DNA of 64,000 nucleotides from Escherichia coli (GTDB lineage Bacteria; Pseudomonadota; Gammaproteobacteria; Enterobacterales; Enterobacteriaceae): NCBI RefSeq assembly GCF_046105845.1, contig NZ_CP151004.1; one strand, 5' to 3'. Shown piece by piece: positions 56,155 to 64,000 of this stretch (position 1 is its first letter; each line of letters starts with the position of its first letter). The notes under the pieces were generated by a model. It saw only the letters and a program-made list of their open reading frames with translations, ran no database searches and was not told where the DNA came from. The position numbers and the translations under genes were made by a program.

Positions 56155-57722
56155 GATGAGCGCTCCACAGCATCATCTAACAGTCGCATTGGTTCTGGTA
56201 TTCGTCGCCAGTGGCGACCATCGTGCTCGGCATTAATGACCGGTTTAGAATTTTGCGTTAAAGGCAGCGGCATGCCCCATTGTTCTGGGGCAAGCAGGCG
56301 CATCTGCACCAGCTCGGCACTGATTTGATCATCTTCAAACCAGACCATACGGTTTGAGAAAATTTCGCCAGTCGGCAATGGGAAAATATGATTCAACGCG
56401 GTATCCAGATCGTTAATCCGACAGAATGAGAGAAACAGCACCAGCCGATTACCGCCAATAGTCATGATATCGCCGGTGCGGTTAGGGCGACACAGCGTCA
56501 GGGCTTGTTCAACGCGGATACCCGGTACCGGACGTAGGGCAACCAGAACGCCTTTACCGTGGGCAGGTAATAGAGGGTTATTCATCATGCTGTTGACGGC
56601 ATTACAGAACACATCCCACTTCTGGAAACCACGCAGTTTGAGCGGCTGGGTCATTGACAGCAAGGTAGTGATATCTTCCGGCACATAGCGACTAAACTTC
56701 TGCCCTTGCACGCTTTCGATCATCGTCAGACAGCGTGAGAGTGGCGCATTCCATGGGATAACCATATTTGCACCGCAGGCCAATAACAAACGTTCATCGG
56801 TGGCGCGTAGGCTAGCGGTATTTTCCCGTACGAGGATTTTCATCGCACTACCGCGCTGGCGACGCAGGGTATGAATGCTGCGGGCCAGTGGCTCGATTTG
56901 TGCATTTTGCTGTAAAGAAAAGACCACCGTCGCCGCCTGAGCGGTACGGGCTTCATTGAACAGGACTTCGTTATTGTTGAACAGTTGCCAGTGTTCCGAT
57001 AGCGGCGGCGCACCTTCCAGTACAGCAACATTACTCAGAATGCGTTTTTCGTCGCTGCGTGGTTGGATCTCCGCTTCTTCGCTTTGAACTAATGTCCAGA
57101 TACCCTTTTGTTGCTGAACGCTAAGCTGCTGACGGGCGCTGACCCCTTTTTCGTTGCACCAGAAGGCAATATCCAGCAAATGTTGGTCGCCCTGGAAACG
57201 CAAACTGGCAAGACCAAAAAGTGAACGGTATTCCTCAAGCAACAATGAAAATTGTTTATCGTTATTATTTCCGGGATTAATTACCAAAAGCGAACAATGG
57301 TTTAACCTGCTCCATTTATTCATTTTATCCAACCACGAGTGAAGCCGCTCGGCAGGAATGTTTTGCCATGCGTTATTTGCGCAAACAAGAATAAAAAGGT
57401 AATTATGGGGATCAATAGAACACTGCAAATCACGGGCCAAATAGTATAGACCTTTTTCATGATTTAGCATTGAAAATAATTTTATTTTTTCCGGCCCTTG
57501 AGAATCATCTAATTGAAAGATTTTCGCCGGATCGCTGTCCATGCTAATGACCGCGACGTGTGCGGTTTCAGCCTGGGATGCAATTGTTTGATTCGCCAGA
57601 CTGATAGCATCTTCATGGCGATCGACGTTAAACCACCAGACGCCGCCTGCTGGCATATGTCGCAGCTCATCCCATAATGATGAGATACCGATAGAGAATA
57701 CAGGGTCCACAATGTCCCTCAT
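56151..57722 (-). CDS. bcsE: Cellulose biosynthesis protein BcsE (c-di-GMP binding)
   Basis: 523-aa [41 protein letters not shown]... Confidence 0.9.
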
Positions 57723-57993
57723 GTCATCATTTTGTCTGATTATCAGTTTACTAGCGAAAGCTAAGAAATAAACCTACCATTGAAATTAAAACTTATCAGA
57801 TTTAGCATGTGAATCAATTTAGCAGGTCACAAGACGTGTGATTTTAGTCTTTTCGTTTTTAACTTTTTTTGTTGCGTAACGGAAAGTCAAAAAGTGAGCA
57901 AATTCCCGTCTCGCCGTAAACAATAAACCGGCGAAATGCTAACGGTTAGAATTGTCTCATGAACGGTACGGTTATTTCATAGGGATCAAGCAA

Positions 57994-58182
57994 ATGAATA
58001 ACAATGAACCAGATACTCTGCCTGATCCCGCGATAGGCTATATCTTCCAGAATGATATTTTGGCGTTAAAGCAGGCATTTTCACTGCCTGATATTGATTA
58101 TGCCGATATTTCCCAACGCGAACAGTTGGCCGCGGCATTAAAACGCTGGCCGTTGCTGGCAGAGTTTGCGCAACAAAAGTAG
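57994..58182 (+). CDS. bcsR: Cellulose biosynthesis protein BcsR (62 aa)
   Basis: ATG at 57994 gives MNNNEPDTLPDPAIGYIFQNDILALKQAFSLPDIDYADISQREQLAAALKRWPLLAEFAQQK. Confidence 0.85.
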   Translation: MNNNEPDTLPDPAIGYIFQNDILALKQAFSLPDIDYADISQREQLAAALKRWPLLAEFAQQK

Positions 58183-58193
58183 GGGATTGGTGA

Positions 58194-58946
58194 ATGGCCG
58201 TACTGGGATTGCAGGGGGTGCGGGGAGGCGTGGGGACAACAACCATCACCGCCGCATTAGCCTGGTCATTACAAATGTTGGGAGAAAATGTCCTGGTGGT
58301 CGATGCCTGCCCGGACAACTTGTTGCGCCTGTCATTTAACGTTGATTTTACCCACCGTCAGGGCTGGGCCAGAGCTATGCTGGATGACCAGGACTGGCGT
58401 GACGCCGGGTTGCGCTATACCTCGCAGCTCGATTTGCTGCCTTTTGGTCAGTTATCCATTGAAGAACAAGAAAATCCACAGCACTGGCAAACCCGGCTGA
58501 GCGATATTTGCTCCGGCTTACAGCAACTCAAAGCCAGCGGGCGTTACCATTGGATTTTAATCGACTTACCGCGTGATTCCTCGCAGATAACCCACCAGCT
58601 GCTGAGTTTGTGCGATCACTCGCTGGCAATCGTCAATGTGGATGCCAACTGCCATATCCGACTGCATCAGCAAGCGCTACCGGATGGCGCACATATTTTG
58701 ATTAATGACTTCCGTATCGGCAGTCAAGTTCAGGACGATATTTACCAGCTTTGGTTGCAAAGCCAGCGCCGATTACTGCCGATGCTCATTCATCGTGATG
58801 AAGCGATGGCTGAATGCCTGGCGGCTAAGCAACCAGTCGGTGAATACCGCAGTGATGCGCTGGCGGCTGAAGAGATACTGACGCTGGCTAACTGGTGCCT
58901 GTTGAACTATTCCGGGCTGAAAACGCCAGTCGGGAGTGCATCATGA
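58194..58946 (+). CDS. bcsQ: Cellulose biosynthesis protein BcsQ (MinD/ParA-like ATPase), intact 250-aa reading frame
   Basis: MAVLGLQGVRGGVGTTTITAALAWS... with Leu at codon 6 and deviant Walker A GxGGVGTTT; no internal stop. Confidence 0.9.
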   Translation: MAVLGLQGVRGGVGTTTITAALAWSLQMLGENVLVVDACPDNLLRLSFNVDFTHRQGWARAMLDDQDWRDAGLRYTSQLDLLPFGQLSIEEQENPQHWQTRLSDICSGLQQLKASGRYHWILIDLPRDSSQITHQLLSLCDHSLAIVNVDANCHIRLHQQALPDGAHILINDFRIGSQVQDDIYQLWLQSQRRLLPMLIHRDEAMAECLAAKQPVGEYRSDALAAEEILTLANWCLLNYSGLKTPVGSAS

Positions 58947-61561
58947 GTATCCTGACCCGGTGGTTGCTTATCCCGCCGGTCAACGCGCGGCTTATCGGGC
59001 GTTATCGCGATTATCGTCGTCACGGCGCGTCGGCTTTCAGCGCGACGCTCGGCTGTTTTTGGTTGATTCTGGCCTGGATTTTTATTCCGCTGGAGCACCC
59101 GCGCTGGCAGCGTATTCGCGCAGAACATAAAAACCTGTATCCGCATATCAACGCCTCCCGTCCGCGTCCGCTGGACCCGGTCCGTTATCTCATTCAAACA
59201 TGCTGGTTACTGATCGGTACATCGCGCAAAGAAACGCCGAAACCGCGCAGGCGGACATTTTCAGGTCTGCAGAATATTCGTGGACGTTACCATCAATGGA
59301 TGAACGAGCTGCCTGAGCGCGTTAGCCATAAAACACAGCATCTCGATGAGAAAAAAGAGCTCGGTCATTTGAGCGCCGGGGCGCGGCGGTTGATCCTCGG
59401 TATCATCGTCACCTTCTCGCTGATTCTGGCGTTAATCTGCGTTACCCAGCCGTTTAACCCGCTGGCGCAGTTTATCTTCCTGATGCTGCTGTGGGGTGTA
59501 GCGCTGATCGTACGGCGGATGCCGGGGCGCTTCTCGGCGCTAATGTTGATTGTGCTGTCGCTGACCGTTTCTTGCCGTTATATCTGGTGGCGCTACACCT
59601 CTACGCTGAACTGGGACGATCCGGTCAGCCTGGTGTGCGGGCTTATTCTGCTGTTCGCCGAAACGTACGCGTGGATTGTGCTGGTGCTCGGCTACTTCCA
59701 GGTAGTATGGCCGCTGAATCGTCAGCCGGTGCCATTGCCGAAAGATATGTCGTTGTGGCCGTCGGTGGATATCTTTGTCCCGACTTACAACGAAGATCTC
59801 AACGTGGTGAAAAATACCATTTACGCCTCGCTGGGTATCGACTGGCCGAAAGACAAGCTGAACATCTGGATCCTTGATGACGGCGGCAGGGAAGAGTTTC
59901 GCCAGTTTGCGCAAAACGTGGGGGTGAAATATATCGCCCGTACCACTCATGAACATGCGAAAGCGGGCAACATCAACAATGCGCTGAAATATGCCAAAGG
60001 CGAGTTCGTGTCGATTTTCGACTGCGACCACGTACCAACGCGATCGTTCCTGCAAATGACCATGGGCTGGTTCCTGAAAGAAAAACAGCTGGCGATGATG
60101 CAGACGCCGCACCACTTCTTCTCACCGGATCCGTTTGAACGCAACCTGGGGCGTTTTCGTAAAACACCGAACGAAGGCACGCTGTTCTATGGTCTGGTGC
60201 AGGATGGCAACGATATGTGGGACGCCACTTTCTTCTGCGGTTCCTGTGCGGTGATTCGCCGTAAGCCGCTGGATGAAATTGGCGGCATTGCTGTCGAAAC
60301 TGTGACTGAAGATGCGCATACTTCTCTGCGCCTGCACCGTCGTGGCTACACCTCTGCATATATGCGTATTCCGCAGGCGGCGGGGCTGGCGACCGAAAGT
60401 CTGTCGGCGCATATCGGTCAGCGTATTCGCTGGGCGCGCGGGATGGTGCAAATCTTCCGTCTCGATAACCCGCTCACCGGTAAAGGGCTGAAGTTTGCTC
60501 AGCGGCTATGTTACGTCAACGCCATGTTCCACTTCTTGTCGGGCATTCCACGGCTGATCTTCCTGACTGCGCCGCTGGCGTTCCTGCTGCTTCATGCCTA
60601 CATCATCTATGCGCCAGCGTTGATGATTGCCCTGTTCGTGCTGCCGCATATGATCCATGCCAGCCTGACCAACTCGAAGATCCAGGGCAAATATCGCCAC
60701 TCTTTCTGGAGTGAAATCTACGAAACGGTGCTGGCGTGGTATATCGCACCACCGACGCTGGTGGCGCTGATTAACCCGCACAAAGGCAAATTTAACGTTA
60801 CCGCCAAAGGTGGACTGGTGGAAGAAGAGTACGTCGACTGGGTGATCTCGCGGCCCTACATCTTCCTTGTTCTGCTCAACCTGGTGGGCGTTGCGGTAGG
60901 CATCTGGCGCTACTTCTATGGCCCGCCAACCGAGATGCTCACCGTGGTCGTCAGTATGGTGTGGGTATTCTACAACCTGATTGTTCTTGGCGGCGCAGTT
61001 GCGGTATCGGTAGAAAGCAAACAGGTACGCCGATCGCACCGCGTGGAGATGACGATGCCCGCGGCAATTGCCCGCGAAGATGGTCACCTCTTCTCGTGTA
61101 CCGTTCAGGATTTCTCCGACGGTGGTTTGGGGATCAAGATCAACGGTCAGGCGCAGATTCTGGAAGGGCAGAAAGTGAATCTGTTGCTTAAACGTGGTCA
61201 GCAGGAATACGTCTTCCCGACCCAGGTGGCGCGCGTGATGGGTAATGAAGTTGGGCTGAAATTAATGCCGCTCACCACCCAGCAACATATCGATTTTGTG
61301 CAGTGTACGTTTGCCCGTGCGGATACATGGGCGCTCTGGCAGGACAGCTATCCGGAAGATAAGCCGCTGGAAAGTCTGCTGGATATTCTGAAGCTCGGCT
61401 TCCGTGGCTACCGCCATCTGGCGGAGTTTGCGCCTTCTTCGGTGAAGGGCATATTCCGTGTGCTGACTTCTCTGGTTTCCTGGGTTGTATCGTTTATTCC
61501 GCGCCGCCCGGAGCGGAGCGAAACGGCACAACCATCGGATCAGGCTTTGGCTCAACAATGA
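58943..61561 (+). CDS. bcsA: Cellulose synthase catalytic subunit (872 aa)
   Basis: ATG at 58943 (ATGA overlap with bcsQ) gives MSILTRWLLIPPVNARLIGRYRDY...; glycosyltransferase-2 motifs including QRIRWARG and a C-terminal PilZ-like region. Confidence 0.95.
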   Translation: MSILTRWLLIPPVNARLIGRYRDYRRHGASAFSATLGCFWLILAWIFIPLEHPRWQRIRAEHKNLYPHINASRPRPLDPVRYLIQTCWLLIGTSRKETPKPRRRTFSGLQNIRGRYHQWMNELPERVSHKTQHLDEKKELGHLSAGARRLILGIIVTFSLILALICVTQPFNPLAQFIFLMLLWGVALIVRRMPGRFSALMLIVLSLTVSCRYIWWRYTSTLNWDDPVSLVCGLILLFAETYAWIVLVLGYFQVVWPLNRQPVPLPKDMSLWPSVDIFVPTYNEDLNVVKNTIYASLGIDWPKDKLNIWILDDGGREEFRQFAQNVGVKYIARTTHEHAKAGNINNALKYAKGEFVSIFDCDHVPTRSFLQMTMGWFLKEKQLAMMQTPHHFFSPDPFERNLGRFRKTPNEGTLFYGLVQDGNDMWDATFFCGSCAVIRRKPLDEIGGIAVETVTEDAHTSLRLHRRGYTSAYMRIPQAAGLATESLSAHIGQRIRWARGMVQIFRLDNPLTGKGLKFAQRLCYVNAMFHFLSGIPRLIFLTAPLAFLLLHAYIIYAPALMIALFVLPHMIHASLTNSKIQGKYRHSFWSEIYETVLAWYIAPPTLVALINPHKGKFNVTAKGGLVEEEYVDWVISRPYIFLVLLNLVGVAVGIWRYFYGPPTEMLTVVVSMVWVFYNLIVLGGAVAVSVESKQVRRSHRVEMTMPAAIAREDGHLFSCTVQDFSDGGLGIKINGQAQILEGQKVNLLLKRGQQEYVFPTQVARVMGNEVGLKLMPLTTQQHIDFVQCTFARADTWALWQDSYPEDKPLESLLDILKLGFRGYRHLAEFAPSSVKGIFRVLTSLVSWVVSFIPRRPERSETAQPSDQALAQQ

Positions 61562-61571
61562 TGATAACGCG

Positions 61572-63911
61572 ATGAAAAGAAAACTATTCTGGATTTGTGC
61601 AGTGGCTATGGGGATGAGTGCGTTCCCCTCTTTCATGACGCAGGCGACGCCAGCAACGCAACCACTGATCAATGCTGAGCCAGCTGTAGCCGCCCAGACG
61701 GAACAAAATCCGCAGGTGGGGCAAGTGATGCCGGGCGTGCAGGGCGCTGATGCGCCAGTCGTGGCGCAGAACGGTCCTTCGCGTGATGTGAAGCTGACCT
61801 TTGCGCAAATTGCGCCGCCGCCGGGCAGCATGGTGCTACGTGGCATTAACCCGAACGGCAGCATTGAGTTTGGTATGCGCAGCGATGAAGTGGTGACGAA
61901 GGCGATGCTCAACCTCGAATACACGCCATCGCCGTCTTTGCTACCTGTCCAGTCGCAGTTAAAGGTTTATCTCAATGATGAACTGATGGGCGTGCTGCCA
62001 GTGACCAAAGAACAGTTGGGTAAAAAAACGCTGGCGCAAATGCCCATTAACCCACTGTTTATTACCGACTTCAACCGTGTGCGGCTGGAGTTTGTCGGTC
62101 ATTATCAGGACGTGTGCGAAAACCCGGCCAGCACCACGCTTTGGCTGGATGTTGGGCGGAGCAGTGGACTGGATTTGACCTATCAGACCCTGAATGTGAA
62201 GAATGACCTGTCACACTTCCCGGTACCATTCTTTGACCCGCGTGATAACCGTACTAACACCTTGCCGATGGTCTTTGCGGGTGCGCCGGATGTCGGGCTG
62301 CAACAAGCATCTGCCATTGTCGCCTCGTGGTTTGGTTCGCGTTCTGGCTGGCGTGGGCAGAACTTCCCGGTGCTCTATAACCAATTGCCGGATCGCAATG
62401 CCATCGTTTTTGCCACCAATGACAAACTCCCGGATTTCCTGCGCGATCATCCGGCGGTAAAAGCCCCGGTGATTGAGATGATCAACCATCCGCAGAATCC
62501 TTACGTCAAACTGCTGGTGGTGTTTGGTCGTGACGACAAAGACCTGTTGCAGGCAGCGAAAGGTATCGCTCAGGGTAACATTCTGTTCCGTGGTGAAAGC
62601 GTGGTAGTGAATGAAGTGAAACCGCTGCTACCGCGTAAGCCCTACGATGCGCCGAACTGGGTGCGTACCGATCGTCCGGTCACCTTTGGTGAACTGAAAA
62701 CCTATGAAGAACAGTTGCAATCCAGCGGTCTTGAGCCAGCAGCGATTAATGTTTCGCTAAACCTGCCGCCAGATCTCTACCTGATGCGCAGTACCGGCAT
62801 TGATATGGATATTAATTACCGCTACACCATGCCGCCGGTGAAAGACAGTTCGCGGATGGATATCAGCCTGAATAACCAGTTCCTGCAATCATTCAATCTG
62901 AGCAGCAAACAGGAGGCGAACCGCCTGCTGCTGCGTATTCCGGTATTACAAGGTTTGCTGGATGGCAAAACGGATGTCTCTATTCCGGCGCTGAAACTGG
63001 GCGCGACCAACCAGCTGCGCTTCGACTTTGAGTATATGAACCCGATGCCGGGCGGTTCGGTGGATAACTGTATTACCTTCCAGCCGGTGCAGAATCATGT
63101 GGTGATTGGTGATGATTCCACCATCGACTTCTCGAAGTATTACCACTTCATCCCGATGCCGGATCTACGCGCCTTTGCTAACGCGGGCTTCCCGTTCAGC
63201 CGGATGGCGGATCTGTCGCAAACCATCACCGTGATGCCGAAAACGCCTAACGAAGCACAGATGGAAACCTTGCTGAATACTGTTGGTTTTATCGGCGCAC
63301 AGACGGGCTTCCCGGCGATTAATCTGACGGTGACCGATGATGGCAGCACCATTCAGGGCAAAGATGCCGACATCATGATCATCGGTGGTATCCCGGACAA
63401 ATTAAAAGACGACAAGCAGATCGACCTGCTGGTGCAGGCGACCGAAAGCTGGGTGAAAACGCCGATGCGCCAGACCCCGTTCCCCGGCATTGTTCCGGAC
63501 GAGAGCGATCGCGCGGCAGAAACCCAGTCAACGCTGACCTCTTCCGGTGCGATGGCGGCGGTGATTGGCTTCCAGTCGCCGTATAACGACCAGCGCAGCG
63601 TGATTGCGCTGCTGGCAGATAGCCCACGCGGTTATGAAATGCTTAACGATGCGGTGAACGATAGCGGCAAACGCGCCACCATGTTCGGTTCGGTCGCGGT
63701 GATCCGCGAGTCCGGTATCAATAGCCTACGCGTTGGCGACGTCTATTACGTTGGCCATCTGCCGTGGTTCGAACGCTTATGGTATGCGCTGGCAAACCAT
63801 CCGATTCTGCTGGCGGTGCTGGCGGCAATCAGCGTCGTGCTGCTGGCCTGGGTACTGTGGCGTCTGCTGCGTATTATCAGCCGTCGTCGTCTTAACCCGG
63901 ATAACGAGTAA
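61572..63911 (+). CDS. bcsB: Cellulose synthase periplasmic subunit (779 aa)
   Basis: ATG at 61572 gives MKRKLFWICAVAMGMSAFPSFMTQATP...; C-terminal transmembrane anchor. Confidence 0.95.
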   Translation: MKRKLFWICAVAMGMSAFPSFMTQATPATQPLINAEPAVAAQTEQNPQVGQVMPGVQGADAPVVAQNGPSRDVKLTFAQIAPPPGSMVLRGINPNGSIEFGMRSDEVVTKAMLNLEYTPSPSLLPVQSQLKVYLNDELMGVLPVTKEQLGKKTLAQMPINPLFITDFNRVRLEFVGHYQDVCENPASTTLWLDVGRSSGLDLTYQTLNVKNDLSHFPVPFFDPRDNRTNTLPMVFAGAPDVGLQQASAIVASWFGSRSGWRGQNFPVLYNQLPDRNAIVFATNDKLPDFLRDHPAVKAPVIEMINHPQNPYVKLLVVFGRDDKDLLQAAKGIAQGNILFRGESVVVNEVKPLLPRKPYDAPNWVRTDRPVTFGELKTYEEQLQSSGLEPAAINVSLNLPPDLYLMRSTGIDMDINYRYTMPPVKDSSRMDISLNNQFLQSFNLSSKQEANRLLLRIPVLQGLLDGKTDVSIPALKLGATNQLRFDFEYMNPMPGGSVDNCITFQPVQNHVVIGDDSTIDFSKYYHFIPMPDLRAFANAGFPFSRMADLSQTITVMPKTPNEAQMETLLNTVGFIGAQTGFPAINLTVTDDGSTIQGKDADIMIIGGIPDKLKDDKQIDLLVQATESWVKTPMRQTPFPGIVPDESDRAAETQSTLTSSGAMAAVIGFQSPYNDQRSVIALLADSPRGYEMLNDAVNDSGKRATMFGSVAVIRESGINSLRVGDVYYVGHLPWFERLWYALANHPILLAVLAAISVVLLAWVLWRLLRIISRRRLNPDNE

Positions 63912-63917
63912 TTGAAG

Positions 63918-64000
63918 ATGAATGTGTTGCGTAGTGGACTCGTGACGATGCTGCTGCTGGCTGCCTTTAGTGTTCAGGCAGCCTGCAACTGGCCTGCCTG
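63918..64000 (+). CDS. bcsZ: Endoglucanase BcsZ, N-terminal fragment only (gene runs off the window end)
   Basis: ATG at 63918 gives MNVLRSGLVTMLLLAAFSVQAACNWPA (signal peptide), directly after bcsB. Confidence 0.8.
   Translation, partial: MNVLRSGLVTMLLLAAFSVQAACNWPA

Noticed and set aside
60506..61087. 193-aa minus-strand ORF and neighbouring 100-190-aa ORFs (59540-60115, 59973-60359) inside bcsA
   Set aside because: They are antisense to the cellulose synthase gene and have no independent support.

Overview
This window reads as a stretch of Escherichia coli chromosome, collinear with the K-12 sgb/yia - xyl - glyQS - cspA - bisC - dpp - bcs region but in inverted orientation relative to the K-12 map. 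I did not find a convincingly novel biological system: every ORF longer than about 100 aa is accounted for by a protein I recognise, and there is no CRISPR array, integrase, transposase or obvious defence-gene cluster. All identifications rest on reading the supplied six-frame translations and the nucleotide sequence against remembered E. coli proteins and motifs; no database search was run. Many ORF-track starts are GTG/TTG or upstream in-frame extensions, so I trimmed those to the ATG that gives the known protein length. Core content, in order: sgbU (partial), sgbH, lyxK, yiaONMLK, yiaJ, ysaA, avtA, malS, bax, xylR, xylHGF, xylAB, yiaB, yiaA, wecH, ysaB, glyQ, glyS, hokA, cspA, yiaG, yiaF, ghrB, yiaD, bisC, yiaC, tag, yhjY, yhjX, eptB, tRNA-Pro (proK), dppABCDF, yhjV, bcsGFE, bcsRQAB and the start of bcsZ. 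The accessory or strain-variable content is: (1) a five-gene chaperone-usher fimbrial operon of the long polar fimbriae type (lpfABCDE) between yhjX and eptB, which K-12 lacks; (2) two tandem copies of the Ldr/Rdl type I toxin-antitoxin repeat between yhjV and bcsG, where K-12 has one; (3) a hokA locus with no insertion sequence; (4) a 108-bp direct repeat downstream of proK that re-uses the last 19 nt of the tRNA plus its terminator; (5) an intact bcsQ. These are the parts most worth a second look, but all belong to described families.
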